Shown here piece by piece: positions 36,001 to 48,000 of a stretch of 64,000 nucleotides of DNA. The notes under the pieces were generated by a model. The model made no database searches. It saw only the letters and a list, made by a program, of their open reading frames with translations, and was not told the DNA's origin. Numbering within the stretch: the stretch's first letter is position 1; each line of letters starts with the position of its first letter. The stretch comes from Giardia intestinalis (Eukaryota), in the NCBI GenBank assembly GCA_000002435.2, contig CM018793.1; one strand, given 5' to 3'. The position numbers and the translations under genes were made by a program.

Positions 36001-39000
36001 NNNNNNNNNNNNNNNNNNNNNNNNNNNNNNNNNNNNNNNNNNNNNNNNNNNNNNNNNNNNNNNNNNNNNNNNNNNNNNNNNNNNNNNNNNNNNNNNNNNN
36101 NNNNNNNNNNNNNNNNNNNNNNNNNNNNNNNNNNNNNNNNNNNNNNNNNNNNNNNNNNNNNNNNNNNNNNNNNNNNNNNNNNNNNNNNNNNNNNNNNNNN
36201 NNNNNNNNNNNNNNNNNNNNNNNNNNNNNNNNNNNNNNNNNNNNNNNNNNNNNNNNNNNNNNNNNNNNNNNNNNNNNNNNNNNNNNNNNNNNNNNNNNNN
36301 NNNNNNNNNNNNNNNNNNNNNNNNNNNNNNNNNNNNNNNNNNNNNNNNNNNNNNNNNNNNNNNNNNNNNNNNNNNNNNNNNNNNNNNNNNNNNNNNNNNN
36401 NNNNNNNNNNNNNNNNNNNNNNNNNNNNNNNNNNNNNNNNNNNNNNNNNNNNNNNNNNNNNNNNNNNNNNNNNNNNNNNNNNNNNNNNNNNNNNNNNNNN
36501 NNNNNNNNNNNNNNNNNNNNNNNNNNNNNNNNNNNNNNNNNNNNNNNNNNNNNNNNNNNNNNNNNNNNNNNNNNNNNNNNNNNNNNNNNNNNNNNNNNNN
36601 NNNNNNNNNNNNNNNNNNNNNNNNNNNNNNNNNNNNNNNNNNNNNNNNNNNNNNNNNNNNNNNNNNNNNNNNNNNNNNNNNNNNNNNNNNNNNNNNNNNN
36701 NNNNNNNNNNNNNNNNNNNNNNNNNNNNNNNNNNNNNNNNNNNNNNNNNNNNNNNNNNNNNNNNNNNNNNNNNNNNNNNNNNNNNNNNNNNNNNNNNNNN
36801 NNNNNNNNNNNNNNNNNNNNNNNNNNNNNNNNNNNNNNNNNNNNNNNNNNNNNNNNNNNNNNNNNNNNNNNNNNNNNNNNNNNNNNNNNNNNNNNNNNNN
36901 NNNNNNNNNNNNNNNNNNNNNNNNNNNNNNNNNNNNNNNNNNNNNNNNNNNNNNNNNNNNNNNNNNNNNNNNNNNNNNNNNNNNNNNNNNNNNNNNNNNN
37001 NNNNNNNNNNNNNNNNNNNNNNNNNNNNNNNNNNNNNNNNNNNNNNNNNNNNNNNNNNNNNNNNNNNNNNNNNNNNNNNNNNNNNNNNNNNNNNNNNNNN
37101 NNNNNNNNNNNNNNNNNNNNNNNNNNNNNNNNNNNNNNNNNNNNNNNNNNNNNNNNNNNNNNNNNNNNNNNNNNNNNNNNNNNNNNNNNNNNNNNNNNNN
37201 NNNNNNNNNNNNNNNNNNNNNNNNNNNNNNNNNNNNNNNNNNNNNNNNNNNNNNNNNNNNNNNNNNNNNNNNNNNNNNNNNNNNNNNNNNNNNNNNNNNN
37301 NNNNNNNNNNNNNNNNNNNNNNNNNNNNNNNNNNNNNNNNNNNNNNNNNNNNNNNNNNNNNNNNNNNNNNNNNNNNNNNNNNNNNNNNNNNNNNNNNNNN
37401 NNNNNNNNNNNNNNNNNNNNNNNNNNNNNNNNNNNNNNNNNNNNNNNNNNNNNNNNNNNNNNNNNNNNNNNNNNNNNNNNNNNNNNNNNNNNNNNNNNNN
37501 NNNNNNNNNNNNNNNNNNNNNNNNNNNNNNNNNNNNNNNNNNNNNNNNNNNNNNNNNNNNNNNNNNNNNNNNNNNNNNNNNNNNNNNNNNNNNNNNNNNN
37601 NNNNNNNNNNNNNNNNNNNNNNNNNNNNNNNNNNNNNNNNNNNNNNNNNNNNNNNNNNNNNNNNNNNNNNNNNNNNNNNNNNNNNNNNNNNNNNNNNNNN
37701 NNNNNNNNNNNNNNNNNNNNNNNNNNNNNNNNNNNNNNNNNNNNNNNNNNNNNNNNNNNNNNNNNNNNNNNNNNNNNNNNNNNNNNNNNNNNNNNNNNNN
37801 NNNNNNNNNNNNNNNNNNNNNNNNNNNNNNNNNNNNNNNNNNNNNNNNNNNNNNNNNNNNNNNNNNNNNNNNNNNNNNNNNNNNNNNNNNNNNNNNNNNN
37901 NNNNNNNNNNNNNNNNNNNNNNNNNNNNNNNNNNNNNNNNNNNNNNNNNNNNNNNNNNNNNNNNNNNNNNNNNNNNNNNNNNNNNNNNNNNNNNNNNNNN
38001 NNNNNNNNNNNNNNNNNNNNNNNNNNNNNNNNNNNNNNNNNNNNNNNNNNNNNNNNNNNNNNNNNNNNNNNNNNNNNNNNNNNNNNNNNNNNNNNNNNNN
38101 NNNNNNNNNNNNNNNNNNNNNNNNNNNNNNNNNNNNNNNNNNNNNNNNNNNNNNNNNNNNNNNNNNNNNNNNNNNNNNNNNNNNNNNNNNNNNNNNNNNN
38201 NNNNNNNNNNNNNNNNNNNNNNNNNNNNNNNNNNNNNNNNNNNNNNNNNNNNNNNNNNNNNNNNNNNNNNNNNNNNNNNNNNNNNNNNNNNNNNNNNNNN
38301 NNNNNNNNNNNNNNNNNNNNNNNNNNNNNNNNNNNNNNNNNNNNNNNNNNNNNNNNNNNNNNNNNNNNNNNNNNNNNNNNNNNNNNNNNNNNNNNNNNNN
38401 NNNNNNNNNNNNNNNNNNNNNNNNNNNNNNNNNNNNNNNNNNNNNNNNNNNNNNNNNNNNNNNNNNNNNNNNNNNNNNNNNNNNNNNNNNNNNNNNNNNN
38501 NNNNNNNNNNNNNNNNNNNNNNNNNNNNNNNNNNNNNNNNNNNNNNNNNNNNNNNNNNNNNNNNNNNNNNNNNNNNNNNNNNNNNNNNNNNNNNNNNNNN
38601 NNNNNNNNNNNNNNNNNNNNNNNNNNNNNNNNNNNNNNNNNNNNNNNNNNNNNNNNNNNNNNNNNNNNNNNNNNNNNNNNNNNNNNNNNNNNNNNNNNNN
38701 NNNNNNNNNNNNNNNNNNNNNNNNNNNNNNNNNNNNNNNNNNNNNNNNNNNNNNNNNNNNNNNNNNNNNNNNNNNNNNNNNNNNNNNNNNNNNNNNNNNN
38801 NNNNNNNNNNNNNNNNNNNNNNNNNNNNNNNNNNNNNNNNNNNNNNNNNNNNNNNNNNNNNNNNNNNNNNNNNNNNNNNNNNNNNNNNNNNNNNNNNNNN
38901 NNNNNNNNNNNNNNNNNNNNNNNNNNNNNNNNNNNNNNNNNNNNNNNNNNNNNNNNNNNNNNNNNNNNNNNNNNNNNNNNNNNNNNNNNNNNNNNNNNNN

Positions 39001-42000
39001 NNNNNNNNNNNNNNNNNNNNNNNNNNNNNNNNNNNNNNNNNNNNNNNNNNNNNNNNNNNNNNNNNNNNNNNNNNNNNNNNNNNNNNNNNNNNNNNNNNNN
39101 NNNNNNNNNNNNNNNNNNNNNNNNNNNNNNNNNNNNNNNNNNNNNNNNNNNNNNNNNNNNNNNNNNNNNNNNNNNNNNNNNNNNNNNNNNNNNNNNNNNN
39201 NNNNNNNNNNNNNNNNNNNNNNNNNNNNNNNNNNNNNNNNNNNNNNNNNNNNNNNNNNNNNNNNNNNNNNNNNNNNNNNNNNNNNNNNNNNNNNNNNNNN
39301 NNNNNNNNNNNNNNNNNNNNNNNNNNNNNNNNNNNNNNNNNNNNNNNNNNNNNNNNNNNNNNNNNNNNNNNNNNNNNNNNNNNNNNNNNNNNNNNNNNNN
39401 NNNNNNNNNNNNNNNNNNNNNNNNNNNNNNNNNNNNNNNNNNNNNNNNNNNNNNNNNNNNNNNNNNNNNNNNNNNNNNNNNNNNNNNNNNNNNNNNNNNN
39501 NNNNNNNNNNNNNNNNNNNNNNNNNNNNNNNNNNNNNNNNNNNNNNNNNNNNNNNNNNNNNNNNNNNNNNNNNNNNNNNNNNNNNNNNNNNNNNNNNNNN
39601 NNNNNNNNNNNNNNNNNNNNNNNNNNNNNNNNNNNNNNNNNNNNNNNNNNNNNNNNNNNNNNNNNNNNNNNNNNNNNNNNNNNNNNNNNNNNNNNNNNNN
39701 NNNNNNNNNNNNNNNNNNNNNNNNNNNNNNNNNNNNNNNNNNNNNNNNNNNNNNNNNNNNNNNNNNNNNNNNNNNNNNNNNNNNNNNNNNNNNNNNNNNN
39801 NNNNNNNNNNNNNNNNNNNNNNNNNNNNNNNNNNNNNNNNNNNNNNNNNNNNNNNNNNNNNNNNNNNNNNNNNNNNNNNNNNNNNNNNNNNNNNNNNNNN
39901 NNNNNNNNNNNNNNNNNNNNNNNNNNNNNNNNNNNNNNNNNNNNNNNNNNNNNNNNNNNNNNNNNNNNNNNNNNNNNNNNNNNNNNNNNNNNNNNNNNNN
40001 NNNNNNNNNNNNNNNNNNNNNNNNNNNNNNNNNNNNNNNNNNNNNNNNNNNNNNNNNNNNNNNNNNNNNNNNNNNNNNNNNNNNNNNNNNNNNNNNNNNN
40101 NNNNNNNNNNNNNNNNNNNNNNNNNNNNNNNNNNNNNNNNNNNNNNNNNNNNNNNNNNNNNNNNNNNNNNNNNNNNNNNNNNNNNNNNNNNNNNNNNNNN
40201 NNNNNNNNNNNNNNNNNNNNNNNNNNNNNNNNNNNNNNNNNNNNNNNNNNNNNNNNNNNNNNNNNNNNNNNNNNNNNNNNNNNNNNNNNNNNNNNNNNNN
40301 NNNNNNNNNNNNNNNNNNNNNNNNNNNNNNNNNNNNNNNNNNNNNNNNNNNNNNNNNNNNNNNNNNNNNNNNNNNNNNNNNNNNNNNNNNNNNNNNNNNN
40401 NNNNNNNNNNNNNNNNNNNNNNNNNNNNNNNNNNNNNNNNNNNNNNNNNNNNNNNNNNNNNNNNNNNNNNNNNNNNNNNNNNNNNNNNNNNNNNNNNNNN
40501 NNNNNNNNNNNNNNNNNNNNNNNNNNNNNNNNNNNNNNNNNNNNNNNNNNNNNNNNNNNNNNNNNNNNNNNNNNNNNNNNNNNNNNNNNNNNNNNNNNNN
40601 NNNNNNNNNNNNNNNNNNNNNNNNNNNNNNNNNNNNNNNNNNNNNNNNNNNNNNNNNNNNNNNNNNNNNNNNNNNNNNNNNNNNNNNNNNNNNNNNNNNN
40701 NNNNNNNNNNNNNNNNNNNNNNNNNNNNNNNNNNNNNNNNNNNNNNNNNNNNNNNNNNNNNNNNNNNNNNNNNNNNNNNNNNNNNNNNNNNNNNNNNNNN
40801 NNNNNNNNNNNNNNNNNNNNNNNNNNNNNNNNNNNNNNNNNNNNNNNNNNNNNNNNNNNNNNNNNNNNNNNNNNNNNNNNNNNNNNNNNNNNNNNNNNNN
40901 NNNNNNNNNNNNNNNNNNNNNNNNNNNNNNNNNNNNNNNNNNNNNNNNNNNNNNNNNNNNNNNNNNNNNNNNNNNNNNNNNNNNNNNNNNNNNNNNNNNN
41001 NNNNNNNNNNNNNNNNNNNNNNNNNNNNNNNNNNNNNNNNNNNNNNNNNNNNNNNNNNNNNNNNNNNNNNNNNNNNNNNNNNNNNNNNNNNNNNNNNNNN
41101 NNNNNNNNNNNNNNNNNNNNNNNNNNNNNNNNNNNNNNNNNNNNNNNNNNNNNNNNNNNNNNNNNNNNNNNNNNNNNNNNNNNNNNNNNNNNNNNNNNNN
41201 NNNNNNNNNNNNNNNNNNNNNNNNNNNNNNNNNNNNNNNNNNNNNNNNNNNNNNNNNNNNNNNNNNNNNNNNNNNNNNNNNNNNNNNNNNNNNNNNNNNN
41301 NNNNNNNNNNNNNNNNNNNNNNNNNNNNNNNNNNNNNNNNNNNNNNNNNNNNNNNNNNNNNNNNNNNNNNNNNNNNNNNNNNNNNNNNNNNNNNNNNNNN
41401 NNNNNNNNNNNNNNNNNNNNNNNNNNNNNNNNNNNNNNNNNNNNNNNNNNNNNNNNNNNNNNNNNNNNNNNNNNNNNNNNNNNNNNNNNNNNNNNNNNNN
41501 NNNNNNNNNNNNNNNNNNNNNNNNNNNNNNNNNNNNNNNNNNNNNNNNNNNNNNNNNNNNNNNNNNNNNNNNNNNNNNNNNNNNNNNNNNNNNNNNNNNN
41601 NNNNNNNNNNNNNNNNNNNNNNNNNNNNNNNNNNNNNNNNNNNNNNNNNNNNNNNNNNNNNNNNNNNNNNNNNNNNNNNNNNNNNNNNNNNNNNNNNNNN
41701 NNNNNNNNNNNNNNNNNNNNNNNNNNNNNNNNNNNNNNNNNNNNNNNNNNNNNNNNNNNNNNNNNNNNNNNNNNNNNNNNNNNNNNNNNNNNNNNNNNNN
41801 NNNNNNNNNNNNNNNNNNNNNNNNNNNNNNNNNNNNNNNNNNNNNNNNNNNNNNNNNNNNNNNNNNNNNNNNNNNNNNNNNNNNNNNNNNNNNNNNNNNN
41901 NNNNNNNNNNNNNNNNNNNNNNNNNNNNNNNNNNNNNNNNNNNNNNNNNNNNNNNNNNNNNNNNNNNNNNNNNNNNNNNNNNNNNNNNNNNNNNNNNNNN

Positions 42001-45000
42001 NNNNNNNNNNNNNNNNNNNNNNNNNNNNNNNNNNNNNNNNNNNNNNNNNNNNNNNNNNNNNNNNNNNNNNNNNNNNNNNNNNNNNNNNNNNNNNNNNNNN
42101 NNNNNNNNNNNNNNNNNNNNNNNNNNNNNNNNNNNNNNNNNNNNNNNNNNNNNNNNNNNNNNNNNNNNNNNNNNNNNNNNNNNNNNNNNNNNNNNNNNNN
42201 NNNNNNNNNNNNNNNNNNNNNNNNNNNNNNNNNNNNNNNNNNNNNNNNNNNNNNNNNNNNNNNNNNNNNNNNNNNNNNNNNNNNNNNNNNNNNNNNNNNN
42301 NNNNNNNNNNNNNNNNNNNNNNNNNNNNNNNNNNNNNNNNNNNNNNNNNNNNNNNNNNNNNNNNNNNNNNNNNNNNNNNNNNNNNNNNNNNNNNNNNNNN
42401 NNNNNNNNNNNNNNNNNNNNNNNNNNNNNNNNNNNNNNNNNNNNNNNNNNNNNNNNNNNNNNNNNNNNNNNNNNNNNNNNNNNNNNNNNNNNNNNNNNNN
42501 NNNNNNNNNNNNNNNNNNNNNNNNNNNNNNNNNNNNNNNNNNNNNNNNNNNNNNNNNNNNNNNNNNNNNNNNNNNNNNNNNNNNNNNNNNNNNNNNNNNN
42601 NNNNNNNNNNNNNNNNNNNNNNNNNNNNNNNNNNNNNNNNNNNNNNNNNNNNNNNNNNNNNNNNNNNNNNNNNNNNNNNNNNNNNNNNNNNNNNNNNNNN
42701 NNNNNNNNNNNNNNNNNNNNNNNNNNNNNNNNNNNNNNNNNNNNNNNNNNNNNNNNNNNNNNNNNNNNNNNNNNNNNNNNNNNNNNNNNNNNNNNNNNNN
42801 NNNNNNNNNNNNNNNNNNNNNNNNNNNNNNNNNNNNNNNNNNNNNNNNNNNNNNNNNNNNNNNNNNNNNNNNNNNNNNNNNNNNNNNNNNNNNNNNNNNN
42901 NNNNNNNNNNNNNNNNNNNNNNNNNNNNNNNNNNNNNNNNNNNNNNNNNNNNNNNNNNNNNNNNNNNNNNNNNNNNNNNNNNNNNNNNNNNNNNNNNNNN
43001 NNNNNNNNNNNNNNNNNNNNNNNNNNNNNNNNNNNNNNNNNNNNNNNNNNNNNNNNNNNNNNNNNNNNNNNNNNNNNNNNNNNNNNNNNNNNNNNNNNNN
43101 NNNNNNNNNNNNNNNNNNNNNNNNNNNNNNNNNNNNNNNNNNNNNNNNNNNNNNNNNNNNNNNNNNNNNNNNNNNNNNNNNNNNNNNNNNNNNNNNNNNN
43201 NNNNNNNNNNNNNNNNNNNNNNNNNNNNNNNNNNNNNNNNNNNNNNNNNNNNNNNNNNNNNNNNNNNNNNNNNNNNNNNNNNNNNNNNNNNNNNNNNNNN
43301 NNNNNNNNNNNNNNNNNNNNNNNNNNNNNNNNNNNNNNNNNNNNNNNNNNNNNNNNNNNNNNNNNNNNNNNNNNNNNNNNNNNNNNNNNNNNNNNNNNNN
43401 NNNNNNNNNNNNNNNNNNNNNNNNNNNNNNNNNNNNNNNNNNNNNNNNNNNNNNNNNNNNNNNNNNNNNNNNNNNNNNNNNNNNNNNNNNNNNNNNNNNN
43501 NNNNNNNNNNNNNNNNNNNNNNNNNNNNNNNNNNNNNNNNNNNNNNNNNNNNNNNNNNNNNNNNNNNNNNNNNNNNNNNNNNNNNNNNNNNNNNNNNNNN
43601 NNNNNNNNNNNNNNNNNNNNNNNNNNNNNNNNNNNNNNNNNNNNNNNNNNNNNNNNNNNNNNNNNNNNNNNNNNNNNNNNNNNNNNNNNNNNNNNNNNNN
43701 NNNNNNNNNNNNNNNNNNNNNNNNNNNNNNNNNNNNNNNNNNNNNNNNNNNNNNNNNNNNNNNNNNNNNNNNNNNNNNNNNNNNNNNNNNNNNNNNNNNN
43801 NNNNNNNNNNNNNNNNNNNNNNNNNNNNNNNNNNNNNNNNNNNNNNNNNNNNNNNNNNNNNNNNNNNNNNNNNNNNNNNNNNNNNNNNNNNNNNNNNNNN
43901 NNNNNNNNNNNNNNNNNNNNNNNNNNNNNNNNNNNNNNNNNNNNNNNNNNNNNNNNNNNNNNNNNNNNNNNNNNNNNNNNNNNNNNNNNNNNNNNNNNNN
44001 NNNNNNNNNNNNNNNNNNNNNNNNNNNNNNNNNNNNNNNNNNNNNNNNNNNNNNNNNNNNNNNNNNNNNNNNNNNNNNNNNNNNNNNNNNNNNNNNNNNN
44101 NNNNNNNNNNNNNNNNNNNNNNNNNNNNNNNNNNNNNNNNNNNNNNNNNNNNNNNNNNNNNNNNNNNNNNNNNNNNNNNNNNNNNNNNNNNNNNNNNNNN
44201 NNNNNNNNNNNNNNNNNNNNNNNNNNNNNNNNNNNNNNNNNNNNNNNNNNNNNNNNNNNNNNNNNNNNNNNNNNNNNNNNNNNNNNNNNNNNNNNNNNNN
44301 NNNNNNNNNNNNNNNNNNNNNNNNNNNNNNNNNNNNNNNNNNNNNNNNNNNNNNNNNNNNNNNNNNNNNNNNNNNNNNNNNNNNNNNNNNNNNNNNNNNN
44401 NNNNNNNNNNNNNNNNNNNNNNNNNNNNNNNNNNNNNNNNNNNNNNNNNNNNNNNNNNNNNNNNNNNNNNNNNNNNNNNNNNNNNNNNNNNNNNNNNNNN
44501 NNNNNNNNNNNNNNNNNNNNNNNNNNNNNNNNNNNNNNNNNNNNNNNNNNNNNNNNNNNNNNNNNNNNNNNNNNNNNNNNNNNNNNNNNNNNNNNNNNNN
44601 NNNNNNNNNNNNNNNNNNNNNNNNNNNNNNNNNNNNNNNNNNNNNNNNNNNNNNNNNNNNNNNNNNNNNNNNNNNNNNNNNNNNNNNNNNNNNNNNNNNN
44701 NNNNNNNNNNNNNNNNNNNNNNNNNNNNNNNNNNNNNNNNNNNNNNNNNNNNNNNNNNNNNNNNNNNNNNNNNNNNNNNNNNNNNNNNNNNNNNNNNNNN
44801 NNNNNNNNNNNNNNNNNNNNNNNNNNNNNNNNNNNNNNNNNNNNNNNNNNNNNNNNNNNNNNNNNNNNNNNNNNNNNNNNNNNNNNNNNNNNNNNNNNNN
44901 NNNNNNNNNNNNNNNNNNNNNNNNNNNNNNNNNNNNNNNNNNNNNNNNNNNNNNNNNNNNNNNNNNNNNNNNNNNNNNNNNNNNNNNNNNNNNNNNNNNN

Positions 45001-48000
45001 NNNNNNNNNNNNNNNNNNNNNNNNNNNNNNNNNNNNNNNNNNNNNNNNNNNNNNNNNNNNNNNNNNNNNNNNNNNNNNNNNNNNNNNNNNNNNNNNNNNN
45101 NNNNNNNNNNNNNNNNNNNNNNNNNNNNNNNNNNNNNNNNNNNNNNNNNNNNNNNNNNNNNNNNNNNNNNNNNNNNNNNNNNNNNNNNNNNNNNNNNNNN
45201 NNNNNNNNNNNNNNNNNNNNNNNNNNNNNNNNNNNNNNNNNNNNNNNNNNNNNNNNNNNNNNNNNNNNNNNNNNNNNNNNNNNNNNNNNNNNNNNNNNNN
45301 NNNNNNNNNNNNNNNNNNNNNNNNNNNNNNNNNNNNNNNNNNNNNNNNNNNNNNNNNNNNNNNNNNNNNNNNNNNNNNNNNNNNNNNNNNNNNNNNNNNN
45401 NNNNNNNNNNNNNNNNNNNNNNNNNNNNNNNNNNNNNNNNNNNNNNNNNNNNNNNNNNNNNNNNNNNNNNNNNNNNNNNNNNNNNNNNNNNNNNNNNNNN
45501 NNNNNNNNNNNNNNNNNNNNNNNNNNNNNNNNNNNNNNNNNNNNNNNNNNNNNNNNNNNNNNNNNNNNNNNNNNNNNNNNNNNNNNNNNNNNNNNNNNNN
45601 NNNNNNNNNNNNNNNNNNNNNNNNNNNNNNNNNNNNNNNNNNNNNNNNNNNNNNNNNNNNNNNNNNNNNNNNNNNNNNNNNNNNNNNNNNNNNNNNNNNN
45701 NNNNNNNNNNNNNNNNNNNNNNNNNNNNNNNNNNNNNNNNNNNNNNNNNNNNNNNNNNNNNNNNNNNNNNNNNNNNNNNNNNNNNNNNNNNNNNNNNNNN
45801 NNNNNNNNNNNNNNNNNNNNNNNNNNNNNNNNNNNNNNNNNNNNNNNNNNNNNNNNNNNNNNNNNNNNNNNNNNNNNNNNNNNNNNNNNNNNNNNNNNNN
45901 NNNNNNNNNNNNNNNNNNNNNNNNNNNNNNNNNNNNNNNNNNNNNNNNNNNNNNNNNNNNNNNNNNNNNNNNNNNNNNNNNNNNNNNNNNNNNNNNNNNN
46001 NNNNNNNNNNNNNNNNNNNNNNNNNNNNNNNNNNNNNNNNNNNNNNNNNNNNNNNNNNNNNNNNNNNNNNNNNNNNNNNNNNNNNNNNNNNNNNNNNNNN
46101 NNNNNNNNNNNNNNNNNNNNNNNNNNNNNNNNNNNNNNNNNNNNNNNNNNNNNNNNNNNNNNNNNNNNNNNNNNNNNNNNNNNNNNNNNNNNNNNNNNNN
46201 NNNNNNNNNNNNNNNNNNNNNNNNNNNNNNNNNNNNNNNNNNNNNNNNNNNNNNNNNNNNNNNNNNNNNNNNNNNNNNNNNNNNNNNNNNNNNNNNNNNN
46301 NNNNNNNNNNNNNNNNNNNNNNNNNNNNNNNNNNNNNNNNNNNNNNNNNNNNNNNNNNNNNNNNNNNNNNNNNNNNNNNNNNNNNNNNNNNNNNNNNNNN
46401 NNNNNNNNNNNNNNNNNNNNNNNNNNNNNNNNNNNNNNNNNNNNNNNNNNNNNNNNNNNNNNNNNNNNNNNNNNNNNNNNNNNNNNNNNNNNNNNNNNNN
46501 NNNNNNNNNNNNNNNNNNNNNNNNNNNNNNNNNNNNNNNNNNNNNNNNNNNNNNNNNNNNNNNNNNNNNNNNNNNNNNNNNNNNNNNNNNNNNNNNNNNN
46601 NNNNNNNNNNNNNNNNNNNNNNNNNNNNNNNNNNNNNNNNNNNNNNNNNNNNNNNNNNNNNNNNNNNNNNNNNNNNNNNNNNNNNNNNNNNNNNNNNNNN
46701 NNNNNNNNNNNNNNNNNNNNNNNNNNNNNNNNNNNNNNNNNNNNNNNNNNNNNNNNNNNNNNNNNNNNNNNNNNNNNNNNNNNNNNNNNNNNNNNNNNNN
46801 NNNNNNNNNNNNNNNNNNNNNNNNNNNNNNNNNNNNNNNNNNNNNNNNNNNNNNNNNNNNNNNNNNNNNNNNNNNNNNNNNNNNNNNNNNNNNNNNNNNN
46901 NNNNNNNNNNNNNNNNNNNNNNNNNNNNNNNNNNNNNNNNNNNNNNNNNNNNNNNNNNNNNNNNNNNNNNNNNNNNNNNNNNNNNNNNNNNNNNNNNNNN
47001 NNNNNNNNNNNNNNNNNNNNNNNNNNNNNNNNNNNNNNNNNNNNNNNNNNNNNNNNNNNNNNNNNNNNNNNNNNNNNNNNNNNNNNNNNNNNNNNNNNNN
47101 NNNNNNNNNNNNNNNNNNNNNNNNNNNNNNNNNNNNNNNNNNNNNNNNNNNNNNNNNNNNNNNNNNNNNNNNNNNNNNNNNNNNNNNNNNNNNNNNNNNN
47201 NNNNNNNNNNNNNNNNNNNNNNNNNNNNNNNNNNNNNNNNNNNNNNNNNNNNNNNNNNNNNNNNNNNNNNNNNNNNNNNNNNNNNNNNNNNNNNNNNNNN
47301 NNNNNNNNNNNNNNNNNNNNNNNNNNNNNNNNNNNNNNNNNNNNNNNNNNNNNNNNNNNNNNNNNNNNNNNNNNNNNNNNNNNNNNNNNNNNNNNNNNNN
47401 NNNNNNNNNNNNNNNNNNNNNNNNNNNNNNNNNNNNNNNNNNNNNNNNNNNNNNNNNNNNNNNNNNNNNNNNNNNNNNNNNNNNNNNNNNNNNNNNNNNN
47501 NNNNNNNNNNNNNNNNNNNNNNNNNNNNNNNNNNNNNNNNNNNNNNNNNNNNNNNNNNNNNNNNNNNNNNNNNNNNNNNNNNNNNNNNNNNNNNNNNNNN
47601 NNNNNNNNNNNNNNNNNNNNNNNNNNNNNNNNNNNNNNNNNNNNNNNNNNNNNNNNNNNNNNNNNNNNNNNNNNNNNNNNNNNNNNNNNNNNNNNNNNNN
47701 NNNNNNNNNNNNNNNNNNNNNNNNNNNNNNNNNNNNNNNNNNNNNNNNNNNNNNNNNNNNNNNNNNNNNNNNNNNNNNNNNNNNNNNNNNNNNNNNNNNN
47801 NNNNNNNNNNNNNNNNNNNNNNNNNNNNNNNNNNNNNNNNNNNNNNNNNNNNNNNNNNNNNNNNNNNNNNNNNNNNNNNNNNNNNNNNNNNNNNNNNNNN
47901 NNNNNNNNNNNNNNNNNNNNNNNNNNNNNNNNNNNNNNNNNNNNNNNNNNNNNNNNNNNNNNNNNNNNNNNNNNNNNNNNNNNNNNNNNNNNNNNNNNNN